Assembly: GCA_964016885.1 (NCBI GenBank)
Contig: OZ024742.1
Span: 208,630,001 to 208,694,000, forward strand
DNA from: Eledone cirrhosa
Taxonomy: Eukaryota
Length of the DNA: 64,000 nt
Direction of reading: 5' to 3'
Shown here: positions 1 through 12,579 of the stretch, piece by piece
Position numbering within the stretch: the stretch's first letter is position 1
How the letters are laid out: each line of letters begins with the position of its first letter
Made by a program: the position numbers and the translations under genes
The notes under the pieces: generated by a model
What the model was told of the DNA's origin: nothing
Databases searched by the model: none
What the model saw: only the letters and a program-made list of their open reading frames with translations

Positions 1-2590
1 CTCAGATGTTTTGAATTGTCTGACACGTATCGACTAGATTATCCGAATGTGCCAATGTGGAAATGGGCAAACCGCATCGGGTCATGCAGACCGTATTTAA
101 ATAGGGTATTCTGTAAGGAAACAGATAAGGCTAGTGTAGGTTGTCCACATTTTGAAGTAGTCTATTACACGGACCACAAATTTGTGATCTGTGAAGTTGA
201 CTTAAATAGACTCCATAGGCAAGGGCCAGGTTACTGTAAGAGGACGCGTCATTCCCGGCGCACGAAGCTTACAGAGACCGGATTAGCGAATTAGTTAAGT
301 GTGCATTGACGGGTGGGATCGTCAACAACAGGTGGTGGTTTACCTTGAAAAAAGCTATTAAAGTATAATCGATAAGGTTTAGCACAGGAGTAGTGATAGA
401 GGAAAATAGAGTAAAGGGGGAGTTAGTTAGAAAGCTGGAATAGATGTTTAGGACATGCATCGCAACCGACGTGCTTGCGGCGAGATTGGCACTCGACCAA
501 TTCTTCAACGCAAAGCATGAAGGCTACTGTGTCAGAGCTAGAGCGCGTGCTCTAAGACACGAGGGGACGAAAGCCGTTCAATGTCCCCGAGTAGTGGTGT
601 GCGGGGGAGCATTCTGAGAAAGGACTCGAAAAGTGGGACGTTATAGACAACTTCAGGCCTATAACTCTGCTAAAAGCAGAGTTTAAGATTGTGGCCAATG
701 TGTTAGCAAAGAGATTGCCACTTGTCGTCGGTGAACTGGTGGGAGAGGCGCAGACATGCACCATTCCGGACAGATCCATCCACGACAACCTCCATCTCAT
801 GCGATACATCATAGAGAGGGTGGTTAAGGAACCTGGTACGGGTGGGGCCCTGATCAACTTGGATCAATCTAAAGCATTTGATAGGGTCGACCATCGGTAC
901 CTGGCTGCGGTCCTCGAGGCGGCCGTCTTCGGGCCCGTTTGTAGGGGCGACATCTGCTCGATTGTGAGGGTGAATAGTCACCTGTAGCAGTCTTTCAGCA
1001 TCATGCGCTCGGCCCGCCAGGGTTGCCCCTTCTTGTCCCTCTTGTACGTACTGGCTCTGGAACCGTTGCTGCACGAATTGGAAACGATGAGGGGTCTCAC
1101 GCAAACTGGGATGCAGGAGATCCGTGTCAGCTTATGCCGACGACGTCACCGTGGTGGTGCCGAGCAACAAACAGGTACAGATGCTCGGCACCGCTCTCAA
1201 GCAATACGAAGTGGTGACAGATGCAAAAATAAACCAGGAAAAGTCGGTGGGCTTTCAACTTGGCACCTGGAGAGGCAAGTAAGTCCATGTCGTCCGACAG
1301 CGTCATGAGGCGCTGAACCGGTTAAATTGATAGGGTTCTATTTTGGTCCAGACCTCTAGATGGAGAAAAACTGGAGCTAAGTGACGAGCAGGATGTCTCT
1401 CTCACCCAGATATGGGCTGTCTCTGAAAGGTCGGGCGGAGGTGGCGAATGCGTACATAGCGTCCGTCATCTGCTACCGCCTGACCGTCGTACCTTTCCAC
1501 CGCCCAACTCTGACCAAAATGGAGCGCCTCCTCTTCTGCTTTGTGTGGAAGGAACGCGCTCCCATGGACAGACGAATCGTTTGCTGTCAACCTCCGTTGC
1601 GTGGAGGACTAGGTATGCCGTGGCTGATGATGCGCAAACGGTGAACAGGTGTGGTCGCTCACCACCCTCTACCAACTGGGCATTTGTATCGGTAGTACAA
1701 CCCCCTCGGCGTTCTATAGAGGGCTAGTGGAGGGAAAGAGGGACGACGTTCTCGGGGAGACCCTAGACGTTGAAGACGATCAGCTGTTCGCTCTCTTCAA
1801 GAGAACCTTCAGACCGGCGCCTATCGACAACTTCCAGAAATCCCTGGCCTGTCAGCGCTATCGGGGAGCGTTGCCGGTTCGGGATAAGCTCTACGGAAAC
1901 GGAGGTGCTGTCAGCCGAGCCTGTCCAAGATGCGCGAAGGGCGACGAAAGCGTCCTGCACGCACTCGTTCAGTGCCCGAGGATTGCTGACTTGTGGAGCT
2001 ATGTCGAACAGTTGCTGTCGCGTGTAGGACGGATCCGGTTATCGACCGAGTCCATTGTGCAGATAGCCCCGCCATCCTCCTTTAAAGAGGAGGAAGGGTA
2101 GGCAGTTTTCATCTGCCTGGTGGCCATGGCGAAAGAGAATGTGTGGTGGCCAAGTTTGAAAGGGTTGAAGACGCACACTTTCCTGTCTGGCCAATCCCTG
2201 ATTAACTTTTTCAAGTTCCACTTGAAGAGGAAAAACGGGGTGGAGAGGCAAGTGCTGTCTTCTAGTAAGTTTGTTGAAAGGTTGGTGAAAGTGGTCCAAG
2301 TGAACGGAGTATGCGCCTGTAGACTGAAGAGTGGTAAAACTGAGAGAGGGCGTTTGCCCTGATGGTCATGTTGACCGCGGTCTTTTGTGTGGTTTTCACC
2401 ACGAGTGACCCTCGGAGGTTTCCCCCTTTTCGGGGAATTTTTATGGTTTGAATATTTTAATTTCTTTTTACACATTTCCGTCTTATTACATTTTTACACG
2501 GCCAAAATCCACACCGTACCGTCCTGTAGCATCCTGTGCTGTTTGTAATGTTTTTCTTCATGTTAGCCTCTGTGGCCAATAAATGAAATC
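1..2590 (+). mobile_element. L1/Tx1-like LINE, decayed 3' part (end of APE, RT, CCHC, 3' UTR); continues left of the window
   Basis: Frameshifted ORF pieces: APE C-terminus (PYLNRVF...YTDHK), RT (NLDQSKAFDRVDH; RQGCP), CCHC (CPRCAKGDESVLHALVQC). Ends GCCAATAAATGAAATC then (ATT)n. Confidence 0.9.
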
Positions 2591-2608
2591 ATTATTATTA
2601 TTAGTATT

Positions 2609-5600
2609 GTTCTTTGAGTGTCGGTCATTGGTGTTATTTAACTGGAAAGTTTGTTGAAATGAATATCAAGCCACTAACTACAGCCTCAGATATTCAGGAC
2701 GTATCGGAGGATTCTTGCTGTTCCCAGCAAGCATACCTTTTGAAGAGTTCCAAAAAGCGGGGCGGGACCAATTTTTTTTAACCATGCTTGGACACTCTTT
2801 GAGATAGTAGCTAGTGCGCCTATGACTATTGCGAGCTCTTTGACCTCATGGCAGTTCCACATCCTTTTTACCTCCCACTTTAAGTCCTCGTATCGGTTAA
2901 TTTTCTCCCTCTCCTTCTCTTGCACACTCGTATCGAATGGGCAGGCTACATCCACAATCAGGCGCGATCTTTTTCCCTTGTCCAAAACCACCAGGTCAGG
3001 TCTATTGTGTTCCAGTTTCTTGTCCGTCTGTATCCAAAAATTCCACAGCACCTTCACCTGATCGTTTTCCATCACCGACTCTGACTTATGCTCATACCAC
3101 TTCTGAGAATGGGGTAAATTGTTTACTTTGCATAGGTTCCAGTGGTTCATTCGGATACAATGTGAGCCACAGTCTCCTCTCTCTCTCCACAGATCCTACA
3201 CAGTGGGCTAGCCTCCTCCTAGTAAATATGGTGTTTGAGCCACTTCGTTTTGAGGGCCTGCTCTTGCGCAGCCATTCGCATTCCTTCTGTAGCTTTTTCA
3301 TGGTCTCTTCTTTTCAACCAGTTCCATGTCTGTGGATCTCTAAATTCAGTTTTCTCAAAGAAGGTACTATGAAGGGATTTTTCATGAAGGTTGCTCTTTC
3401 TCCTTGTTATTTCCTCCTTGGACATCCCCTGGTCTATTGCATTCTCTTTCAGTACAGTTCCGAGTATTGGCTCCCTACTATCAGTCACGTATTTGTGTAG
3501 ATTGTTTTTCTCCATCTGAACACAGTCCTCTATGCTGATAAAACCTCTTCCACCTTCAGATCTCCTTAAGTAGAGTCTATCGACATTACTCCTCTTGTGG
3601 AACATTTTTTGATATTCAATAGCTTCCTAGTCTTCCTATCCATTTCTATTTATTCAGCAACATTCCATCTCAGAATTCCCGAACTGTACCTAATAATAGA
3701 TACAGCTCGGGAATTTACTGCACTTATGGCATTCCTACTGTTCAGATGTGACTTTAATACGCTCCTGACTCTCCGAATGTATTCAGATCTTATCAATTCC
3801 TTCATTGTTTTGTTCTTGATGTCATCAGGCTCCAGAACACCTAAATACTTGTATCCTTCTTCAGTATCAATTTCCTTTATCATCTCACCTGTTGGTACCT
3901 GGATTCTGTTGCTCTGCTCAATTTAACCCTCCTCATCACTAGGACTCCACACTTATTAATACCAAATTCCATACATATATCATTGCTGAAAATACGGACA
4001 GTGTCAACAAGCACATCCAACTCCTTCCCACTCTTCCCGAAGAGCTTAAGATCGTCCATGAAGAGGAGGTCATTGATGGTAAGCTCTCCCTTTCCCAACT
4101 TGTATCCTGCTCTCACTTTTCGCAGTATAATGGTCAGGGGATCAGGGCAAGGACAAACAACAGAGGGGACAAACTATCTCCCTGGAAGATACCTCTCTTG
4201 ATCTTCACGCCTCCCAAGGATTCTCCGCCCGATGTTAACTCTGTTTTCCAGGACTTCATACTTTTGCTCAACAACTGTCTGGTGTTATCTTCCACCTTGA
4301 AGATCTCTAGACTTTTCGTTATCCAAGAATGAGGTACCATGTCGAATGCATTTTTGTAGTCTATCCATCCCATGGCAAGATCAGTGTGTCTCCTCCTGCA
4401 ATTCCTCATTACCATCTTATCAATAAGTAACTGGTCCTTTGTACCACGGGACTTCTTTCAGCATCCTTTCTGTTCGTCCGGTAACAAGTTGTTTATGTGG
4501 AGGTGATGGTAGATTTCCTCAAACACAATGCTAATTAACAGTTTCCACATTACGGACAGACATGTGAGAGGTCTATAGTTGGTAACATCATTACCCTTGG
4601 TTCGGTCTTTCATTACCAGAACTGTGGTACCTTTTGTCAACCACTCTGGTACCTCACCTGACATCAATCAGTCATTGAGCATGGTTGTCAGTTTCGGTTG
4701 GAGGGATGTTATATTTTTAATCCAATGCCCCTGCACACCAACTGGGCCTCGTGATTTCCAGTTGGTTAGTTTTCTGGCCTGCCATTTAAGAGTTTCAACT
4801 GTGATACTCAAATCAGTTTGTTGGTGTGCCTGTTTACTAATCTCCTTTTGTACTGTCTCAATCCACATTGCCTGATCATTATGTCTAACATCCTGCTCCC
4901 ATATTCCTCTCCAGAATGTCTTAGTTTGTTCCGCCTCAGGGATCAAGTCGTTGCCTCTTTCTTTCCCTTCAAGCTGTCCAAACAACATCTTCTGGTTGTT
5001 GTCAAGCATGCGGTTCTGTCTATACTGACTGACTCTGATCTCGTATCGCCTAATTTTTGCGCTCTTTGTTACAATGCGCCGCTTCATTTCATTTATGATA
5101 ATATTTAGTTTTTCCTCCTAGTTTTGTACTTTATTTCAAGTCTATTTTTAGTGTCTATGTTTTTTAGTGTCCCATTCAGTAGGGACTCAAGCTTTCCAAT
5201 GTCATTTCTCATTTCCCTGATTTGACCATTCAGTCGTTTCTTCGACCAAGGTTCTGATCTTTCTTGTTTGTTGTTTCCTCTCGCTTTTATGCTAATTAAT
5301 TTCCTCACCGCATTTTCTGTTGCTTTGAGAGGATATTGTTGCACTGGTAAAGGTTCCTCGCCTCAAGGTATGGGATGACTTTGTTTACCTTAGCTGTTGT
5401 TGCTTTTAACTTTTTCCTGTCTACAAATCTTAGGTTCATAGGTTTCCCACTATCATTGTTCATTTCATCTACCACTAAGTTTAGGATATCAACCAAATCT
5501 TGTTCTAGCCCGTCAGCATTCATTTCCTCAATGGCAGTATCTTTGTTCCGGGTATTATTTATTTCAGCATTCACATAATTGTCTGCTTCGAATTCTTCCT

Positions 5601-6377
5601 CCGTTCTCTCAACATCTTCACCTTCATTTCCCACTGGCTCTTTTGCCTAGCATACTCCACTCTCCATTTCCAACCTAATCTCTCTGCTCAGTTCCTCCAG
5701 TTCCAGCTGGCAGTTCTTATTACCCGAGCCTGCCCGGCCAATTTCTGTTCATCTAATTTAAATAGACCAATCTCGTTCGAGATGTTATGCATCCGTTTCC
5801 TATAGACTTTTTTCCTTGGGGTTACTCTTCAGGTAACATTGCATAACAGTTCTATTCCATTCTTTCGTCCAGTTGGTTCTGGTCCCTTTCCTTCTTCTTC
5901 TTCTTCTTCTTCTTCTTCTTCTTCTTCTTCTTCTTCTTCTTCTTCTTCTTCTTCTTCTTCTTCCAACACCAGCAGTATTTGGATGACAGCCAGGTCCCTG
6001 CTCCTGAGCCAGGGACCACTTGCCGGGTGAGAGTCTGGCACATGACATTCCAGTCACCACTTCACTGTTATTCGAACTGTTTAGGTTCGACATTTAAACA
6101 CTCATATCGAGGATTGGTGAATGTATGGTTACATAACCACCGGTGATTTCATCACCCCCCGGTGATTTTAGCGTGGCACTATCACGCTGTAGACGAACGT
6201 AAATAAATAAACAAATAAATATATAAAAACTAAAAAAAATAAGCGTAAGTTTCATTGTAATGTAATGTTTGAATGTCTGACTTAGTTTTTTTGTTTGTTT
6301 ATTTGTTTGTTTGATTTTCTTTTCCTTACGTTTTTCGTTACTGCTGTGCTGTTTTGATTTTTGATTTTTATGGTTTT
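2609..6377 (-). mobile_element. R4/Dong-like RLE LINE, family A, decayed copy lacking the distal 5' UTR
   Basis: Minus-strand fragments [42 protein letters not shown]...IVDVACP...EKINRY. No APE domain. Collinear with the copy at 13980-18405; 3' end abuts (ATT)n. Confidence 0.9.
5891..5963. repeat. (CTT)n/(AAG)n microsatellite inside the Dong-A ORF N-terminus
   Basis: About 24 perfect CTT units. Confidence 0.95.
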
Positions 6378-6460
6378 AGCTTCATGAGAAGTAGGGCTGT
6401 TGCGTTCAAAACTTTTGAAATTTGTTTCGACTGGTTGCTTATCATTATTATTATTATCTC

Positions 6461-7090
6461 TGACTTGTGGAGTATGTCGAACAGCTACTGTCGCGTGTGG
6501 AACGAATCCGGCTATCGGCCGAGTCCATAGTGAAGATCGATCCACCGCCTTCCTTAGGTCAGGAAGAGCAGGAAATTTTCCTCTGTCTGGTGGCAGTTGC
6601 GAAAGAGATTATATGGTGGACCAGGTTGAAAGGACTAAAGACAGACACTTTTCTCTTCGGCCAATCCCTCATCAACTTCTTCAAGTTTCACCTGGAAAGG
6701 AAGGTGAGGGTGGAGAGAGAAGTGCTGCTCCCCAGTACATTTGCAAAAAGGTGGGTGAATGTGGCGATAATGACTCGTGTGAATGGGCCTACTCTGACCA
6801 TGCGCCTATAGGCTAGCTAACTTGAGGAGAGGGGTGCTCTCCCTGTGTTCCCTAGAAGCGCAGGGTGGTTCAGGATTGGTGGGGTACCTGAAGCACCCCA
6901 GGGTCGTACACCCCCTATCGGGGAATTTATTTTTTTATATTTATGCATAGTTTATTTTATATTTTTACATTTTCATTGTTAAATTAGTCTTGCCATTGTG
7001 AACTTTTACTCCACCTTATTGTAAACCCCCACTGTCCCTGTCTTTCTATTGTCCCCTACATGTTGGCCCTGGTGGCTAATAAATGAAATC
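6461..7090 (+). mobile_element. 5'-truncated Tx1-like LINE (ORF2 C-terminus + 3' UTR, second UTR type) with target-site duplication
   Basis: ORF 6467-6811 matches the ORF2 C-termini of the other copies. Flanked by ATCATTATTATTATTATCTCT at 6441-6461 and 7088-7108. Confidence 0.9.
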
Positions 7091-7113
7091 ATTATTATTA
7101 TTATCTCTTATTA

Positions 7114-7721
7114 TCGCCGAGGTTGACTTTTTCTTTCATCCTTACGGGGTCGATAAAATAAAGTACCAGTAATGCACTGAGTAATTGCTGGCCTTGTGCC
7201 TAGAGTAGAAACAATTATTATTATTATCTGGTAATTTCTGGCCTTGTGTCTAAAGTAGAAACAATTATTATTATTATCTGGTAGGGCGGTGGATTGCCAG
7301 TATCGGTAGAGGGTCGGATGCCATGCTTTCCAGCATAGTTACGTCCCTTTACGATCTGAGTTCAAATCCTGCCGAGGTTGACTTTACCTTTCCTCCTTAC
7401 GGGGTCGATAAAATAAAGTACCAGTAATGAACTGGGTAATTGCTGGCCTTGTGCCTAAAGTAGAAACAATTATTATTATCAGGGCGGTGGATTGGCAGTA
7501 TCTGTAGAGGGTCGGACGCCATACTTTGACGCATAGAGTTACGGCGCTTGCTATTCTGAGTTCAAATCCCGCCGAGGTAAATTTTGCCTTTCATCCTTAT
7601 GGGGTCGATAATATAAAGTACCAGTAATGCACTGGTTAATTGCTGGCCTTGTGCCAAAAGTAGAAACAATTATTATTATTATTATCAGCCGAGGTTAACT
7701 TTGCCCTCCATCCCCACGGGG

Positions 7722-7722
<1 letters not shown>
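7114..7722 (+). mobile_element. Tandem cluster of tRNA-derived SINE copies and fragments with (ATT)n tails
   Basis: A-box-like TGGCAGTATC(G/T)G, B-box GAGTTCAAATCC, core GGGGTCGATAAAATAAAGTACCAG, end GGCCTTGTGCC..AGTAGAAACAATTATT. Near-full copies at ~7283-7478 and ~7481-7685. Confidence 0.85.
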
Positions 7723-7757
<35 letters not shown>

Positions 7758-7763
7758 GTTATT
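7722..7763. repeat. (ATT)n microsatellite
   Basis: Direct reading. Confidence 0.95.
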
Positions 7764-8256
7764 ACTCTTTGAGTCTCAATCATTGATGTTAGTTAACTGG
7801 AAAGTTTGTTGAAATGAATATCAAGCCACTACCTGCAGCCTCAGATATTCAGGACGTATCGGAGGGTTCTTGCTGTTCCCAGCAAGCATGCCTTTTGAAG
7901 CGTTCCAAAAAGTGTGAAGGGGCCAATTTTCTTTAACCATCCCTGGAAACTTTTTGAGATAGTCCCTAGTGCGCCTATGACAATCGGGATCACTTTGACT
8001 TCATGGCAGTTCCAAATCCTTTTTACCTCCCACTTTAAGTCCTGGTATCGGTTAATTTTCTCCCTCTCCTTCTCTTGCACTCTCGTGTCGAATGGGAAAG
8101 CCACATCCACAATCAGGCACGATATTTTTTCTTTGTCCAAAACCACCAGGTCAGGTCTATTGTGTTCCAGTTTCTTGTCCGTCTGTATCCTAAAATCCCA
8201 CAGCACCTTCACCTGATCGTTTTCTATCACCGCATCTGGCTTATGCTCATACAACT
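7764..8256 (-). mobile_element. 5'-truncated Dong-A copy (RLE domain + 3' UTR)
   Basis: ORF 8254-7841 nearly identical to the C-terminus of 15405-14056; (ATT)n on both sides. Confidence 0.9.
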
Positions 8257-8278
8257 TCGCATATTATTATTATTATTA

Positions 8279-11200
8279 CAGTTGCATTTATCTTGCTTTA
8301 TGTTCATACGAGTTATCACCAAGTCACAACCAGTGACCTCAAGAGACAACAAGGTCCGCCATGTTCAAGAAAGAACATACATATTCACACATGCATCTTT
8401 AGTGTTTAGACTTGTGATGTACTTATATTGACAGAATCTTCCTTAGTATATGGGCAGTTCCCATTAGTACTATCTTTTGTGTTTCTCCTATACGCGGGTT
8501 TCCTGGGATTTGCGATATGTAATCATTAGACCCCTTAGGTATCATTCCCAGAGCGCCTACAACCACTGGTATTGTTTTAGTTCTCAATTTCCACATTTTT
8601 CCAATTTCTATCTCCAGGTCCTTATACTTGCTCAATTTTTCAAATGTTTTTATAGATACATTCTTGTCTATTGGAACAGACATATCAATTAGCAGGCATA
8701 CCCTCTTTTGAAAGTCTTTCAATATTATATCAGGTCTGTTTGCATCTATTTTTCGGTCTGTTTGGATGCTAAAGTTCCACAAGATTGAGATGTGATCTTT
8801 TTCAAGTATGGGAGGTGGTTGATCCTCCCACCAATTCTTTTGATGGGGCAGGTCAAAATGCTTACACATTATCCAATGTATGTATTGTGCAGCTCTGTCA
8901 TGCCTGTCTAGGTATTCGGTTGGAGCTATAGGACTGCACATTGAAATTATATGGTCAATGGTCTCTGGTTGTTTTTTGCATACACGGCATAATGGGCTGC
9001 ACCCATTTTTTATTATGTTGGCTTGGTAATTTTTTGTTGGCAGACACTGATCTTGTGCCGATATAATCAGTCCTTCAGTCTCCGATTTCAGTCCAGAGGA
9101 TGCCAACCACTGATGGGTTAAAGTTTTGTCAACATCAGGATTGTTAGCTCGCTCTGGGTATTTTCCATACAGAGGCTTTTCTTGCCATTTCTTAGCCAGT
9201 TTCTGTAGCAGTTCTTTCTTTGCAGTTACTTTTACCTGCTTTGCTTTTTCTGTGTTTTCCATTTCAGCAGTAAATGGGACTTCTAAAATTTGTAGTCCAT
9301 TACTGTATCTTTGTGCAACTTTTGTAATGGAATATGATCTTTTGATGCTTTCGTGTTTCAAAACGAGTTTGATCATCCAATCATGTGATTCCCTTAGATA
9401 TGTAGATAATCCAATTGTTGCAGTTTTCAACGCAATGTCTAACTGGATTAACCCACGTCCTCCTTCTTTCCTAGGGAGATATATTCTATCTATATCTGCT
9501 TTAGGGTGATGCATTCTGTGCATGGTTAAGAATTTTCGAATTTTTGTATCGAGCCTACGGATCTTTGTGCTTGACCAGTTGATGACATTGTAACTGTAGG
9601 TTACTACTGGTATAGCAAGCGTGTTTATGGCATCGATCCTATTCCTTGCATTCAATTCCGTTTTTAAGATTGCTCTCACTCTGCGGTAACATTCCTTCCT
9701 TATCCTTTCCCTCATTGTCGAGTGCTTGATTCCGTCTCCTTCACAAACACCTAGATATTTGTAAGTTTTTTCTTGATCAAGTTCTCTTATCGCGTTCCCC
9801 CGATCAAGATGAATGTCTGAACTCTTCAGCAGCTTTCCTCTGGTGAACGTTGCTTTGGCGCATTTATCTAGTCCAAACTCCATTTTAATGTCATCACTGA
9901 ACTGCTTCACAGTGGATAATAGCCCTTGCAATTGTTCATCATTTTTTGCAAATAGTTTCAGGTCATCCATGTAGAACAGGTGATTAATGGTTTTGTCATA
10001 GACTTTATATCCATGTTTTGTTTCATTGAGCATTTTACTTAATGGTATAAGTGCGATGCAGAATAAAAGCGGTGATAAAGAGTCACCCTGAAACATTCCA
10101 CACTTAATATTAACTTCTCCAGTGATTTTGTTTCACTATTCAAAAGGAGTGTCGTTTTCCATGTCTTCATACTGAATGACAAAAACCTCCTGACAACGGG
10201 GGATACTTTGAAAATCTCTAAACATTTTTCAATCCAACTGTGTGGCAAACTATCAAATGCTTTTTTTATAATCTATCCAAGCAATCGATAGATTTTTGTG
10301 TCTATTATGACAATCTTCCAGTATCATTTTGTTAACCTGAAGCTGATCCTTACAGCCATATGAGCCTCGTTTACACTCTTTCTGCTCAATGGGAAATAGG
10401 TCATTTGTTATCAGGTGGTCATATGTGTATTCAGTTAGGACTGATGTTAAAATTGTATACATTGCGGTCAAGCAAGTTTTCGGTCTGTAATTTTGGGGAT
10501 TGTTTGTCTCATCATTCTTCGGAAGCAGGAATGTAATGCCGTTAACTAGCCATGAAGGTATCTTTTCTGGCTCCTTAACTATTTCATTGTAAAGTTGGGC
10601 TAACAGCTCATGAGACTCTGTGAAGGCATTTATCCAAAAGTTTTGTATTTTGTCTTTTCCTGGGGATTTCCATTTGCTGGTTTTTCTTAGAGCCAAGGGC
10701 AACTGTTCAACTGTTATATTTTCCCATGTTTGTTCCTCAAGGTGAGCTGTATCTTTCATTTGTCTGTCTATCCATGGGGCATGTATGTTATGAACTTTTT
10801 CTTCGGCCCAGATCTTTTCCCAGAATTCTTGCACTTCCTCTTTGGGTGGTAATGATTTAGCAGTTATTGTTGACTTACCAATTTTTCTGTAGAAGTTTCT
10901 TTGGTTGTTTTTGAACATATTATTGTCCTTATAGAATCTAGATCGTTTTTCAAAGCGCATTATACGAGCAGCTTTGGCCGACACTTTTTGCTTGATTATT
11001 TCTATCAGCATGTCTATGTCACATGTTGATTTTATACTGTACTTTTTTTCAATTTTCTAAGTTTAGTTTGTTTAACATGTTCACCTACTTTATAGTTTGT
11101 TAAAATTTCTATGTCAGATCGGAGAAGGTTTATTTGGCGATTGATGTTCTCTTGCCAAGTAGATTTCTTGTGGGAATTCCTTTGTTTTTTCATCTTCACT

Positions 11201-12250
11201 CCACATAAGTGAGTGGTGACTTTAGCCGATGCATAATAGAGATGATTTAAATCAGTAATGTTTAGTTTGTTTGTGATGATAATGTTTTTGAGAATTATGT
11301 TAGTCTTGTGTATTATCTTTTCGTTCTGTTTGGAGTTCTGGATCTTAGGGAGGGTGTCTCGTTGCCCCATGTCAGATTCTTTCATTTTCATCCATTCGAT
11401 CATAATTTCATCCTTCAAGTTGGCAAGTTCATTCTCATTCATTTCTTTATCATTTACGATCTCATTATTTTCATTTGGAGTTTCATCCTGAGCATGCACT
11501 CCCTCCACTTTTTCGATCCTTTCTTTAATTTTTTCTGTTGCCAGTGATTCCGCCCCAACCCTGGGATTCGAAGTGTTACAGTTTACCTCGTTTTCACTGA
11601 CACATGTTTCATTTTCCCTTCGCTGACTTTGTGCTAATAGCTTGATCTGATCAATTTCTATATCAGTTAGTAACTTTTTTCTTACAATATTTCTTCGTAT
11701 ATTGGCTAGTTTGTTGCTGTCAATATAGCCTCTGTTTTCGGGATGTTTCTTTTTCCAGTTGATATATGTCTGTTCTGTATTCGATGTATTTGATGGGTAG
11801 TACATGGCAGTGTAGAAAGCCTCAAGGACTTCTTTATTATCTTCCCTTGACCATTTTTCTCTCTTTTTCTTTGGATTTCTTGGTGGTGAGCATGGAGGGC
11901 CAACAGTAGGAGTATTCCGGTTATGGGGGGGTCTCCAGCTCCGAAGTGATGGGAAGGTTTGAACCATTAGCTGATTTTTCGACCCCAGTCTGGTTCCTCT
12001 CTGAGGGACGCGGCCCTTTTTTACCCGGGTGACGGCCGATCCGGTATGAGATTTTATCATTAGACATTTACTTTATTTCGTCGCGTTTTATCCTTATCCG
12101 CCAAGGGGTAATCATTTCGTGTTACCACTTCTAGAACGAGTGTCAACAAAGACTAGAGGGTTCGTTCTCCCCTAGAGACACGGCTATTCCCCGCCGGCTG
12201 CCATCCCGGTATTTCTTGGTCGCTGGGTTTTCTTTTTGTTGTTTTTTTTT
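8279..12250 (-). mobile_element. R4/Dong-like RLE LINE, family B, near full length
   Basis: Collinear ORF pieces 12060-11032, 11011-10253, 10248-10039 and 10096-8423. Same domain order as family A but highly diverged, with a different UTR. 3' end abuts (ATT)n at 8262-8278. Confidence 0.9.
8423..12067 (-). pseudogene. Frameshifted RT-CCHC-RLE polyprotein of Dong-B
   Basis: [40 protein letters not shown]8-H-X4-C, RHD, RPDII...IDMSVP...EKLSKY (PD-(D/E)xK type). Confidence 0.88.
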
Positions 12251-12579
12251 AAATTGTTATTATCATGAGTGGTTCCTTAATGTGAGCATTGCGTGGCTTA
12301 AGAATGAAATTATTAATAATTGTCTCCACCTCAGGCACAAGGCCAGCAATCACCCAGTGCATTACAATAATATAATATACTTTTTGTTGTGGTTGGCTGT
12401 TATTGTTGTTGGCTATGTCGGTGGTGCTGCCGGGGCTTTTTATAGTGTTGGTGAGGAAGGGGTGAGCCAGCAGTCCCATAATTGTTGATGTGGCCAGGTC
12501 ACTAAGTCAATCTATTTATATCTTTTGCTAGCCTCTCCCTTGTCTAGTGATACCGCCACCTTCCCCTTTCTCTCTCAAG

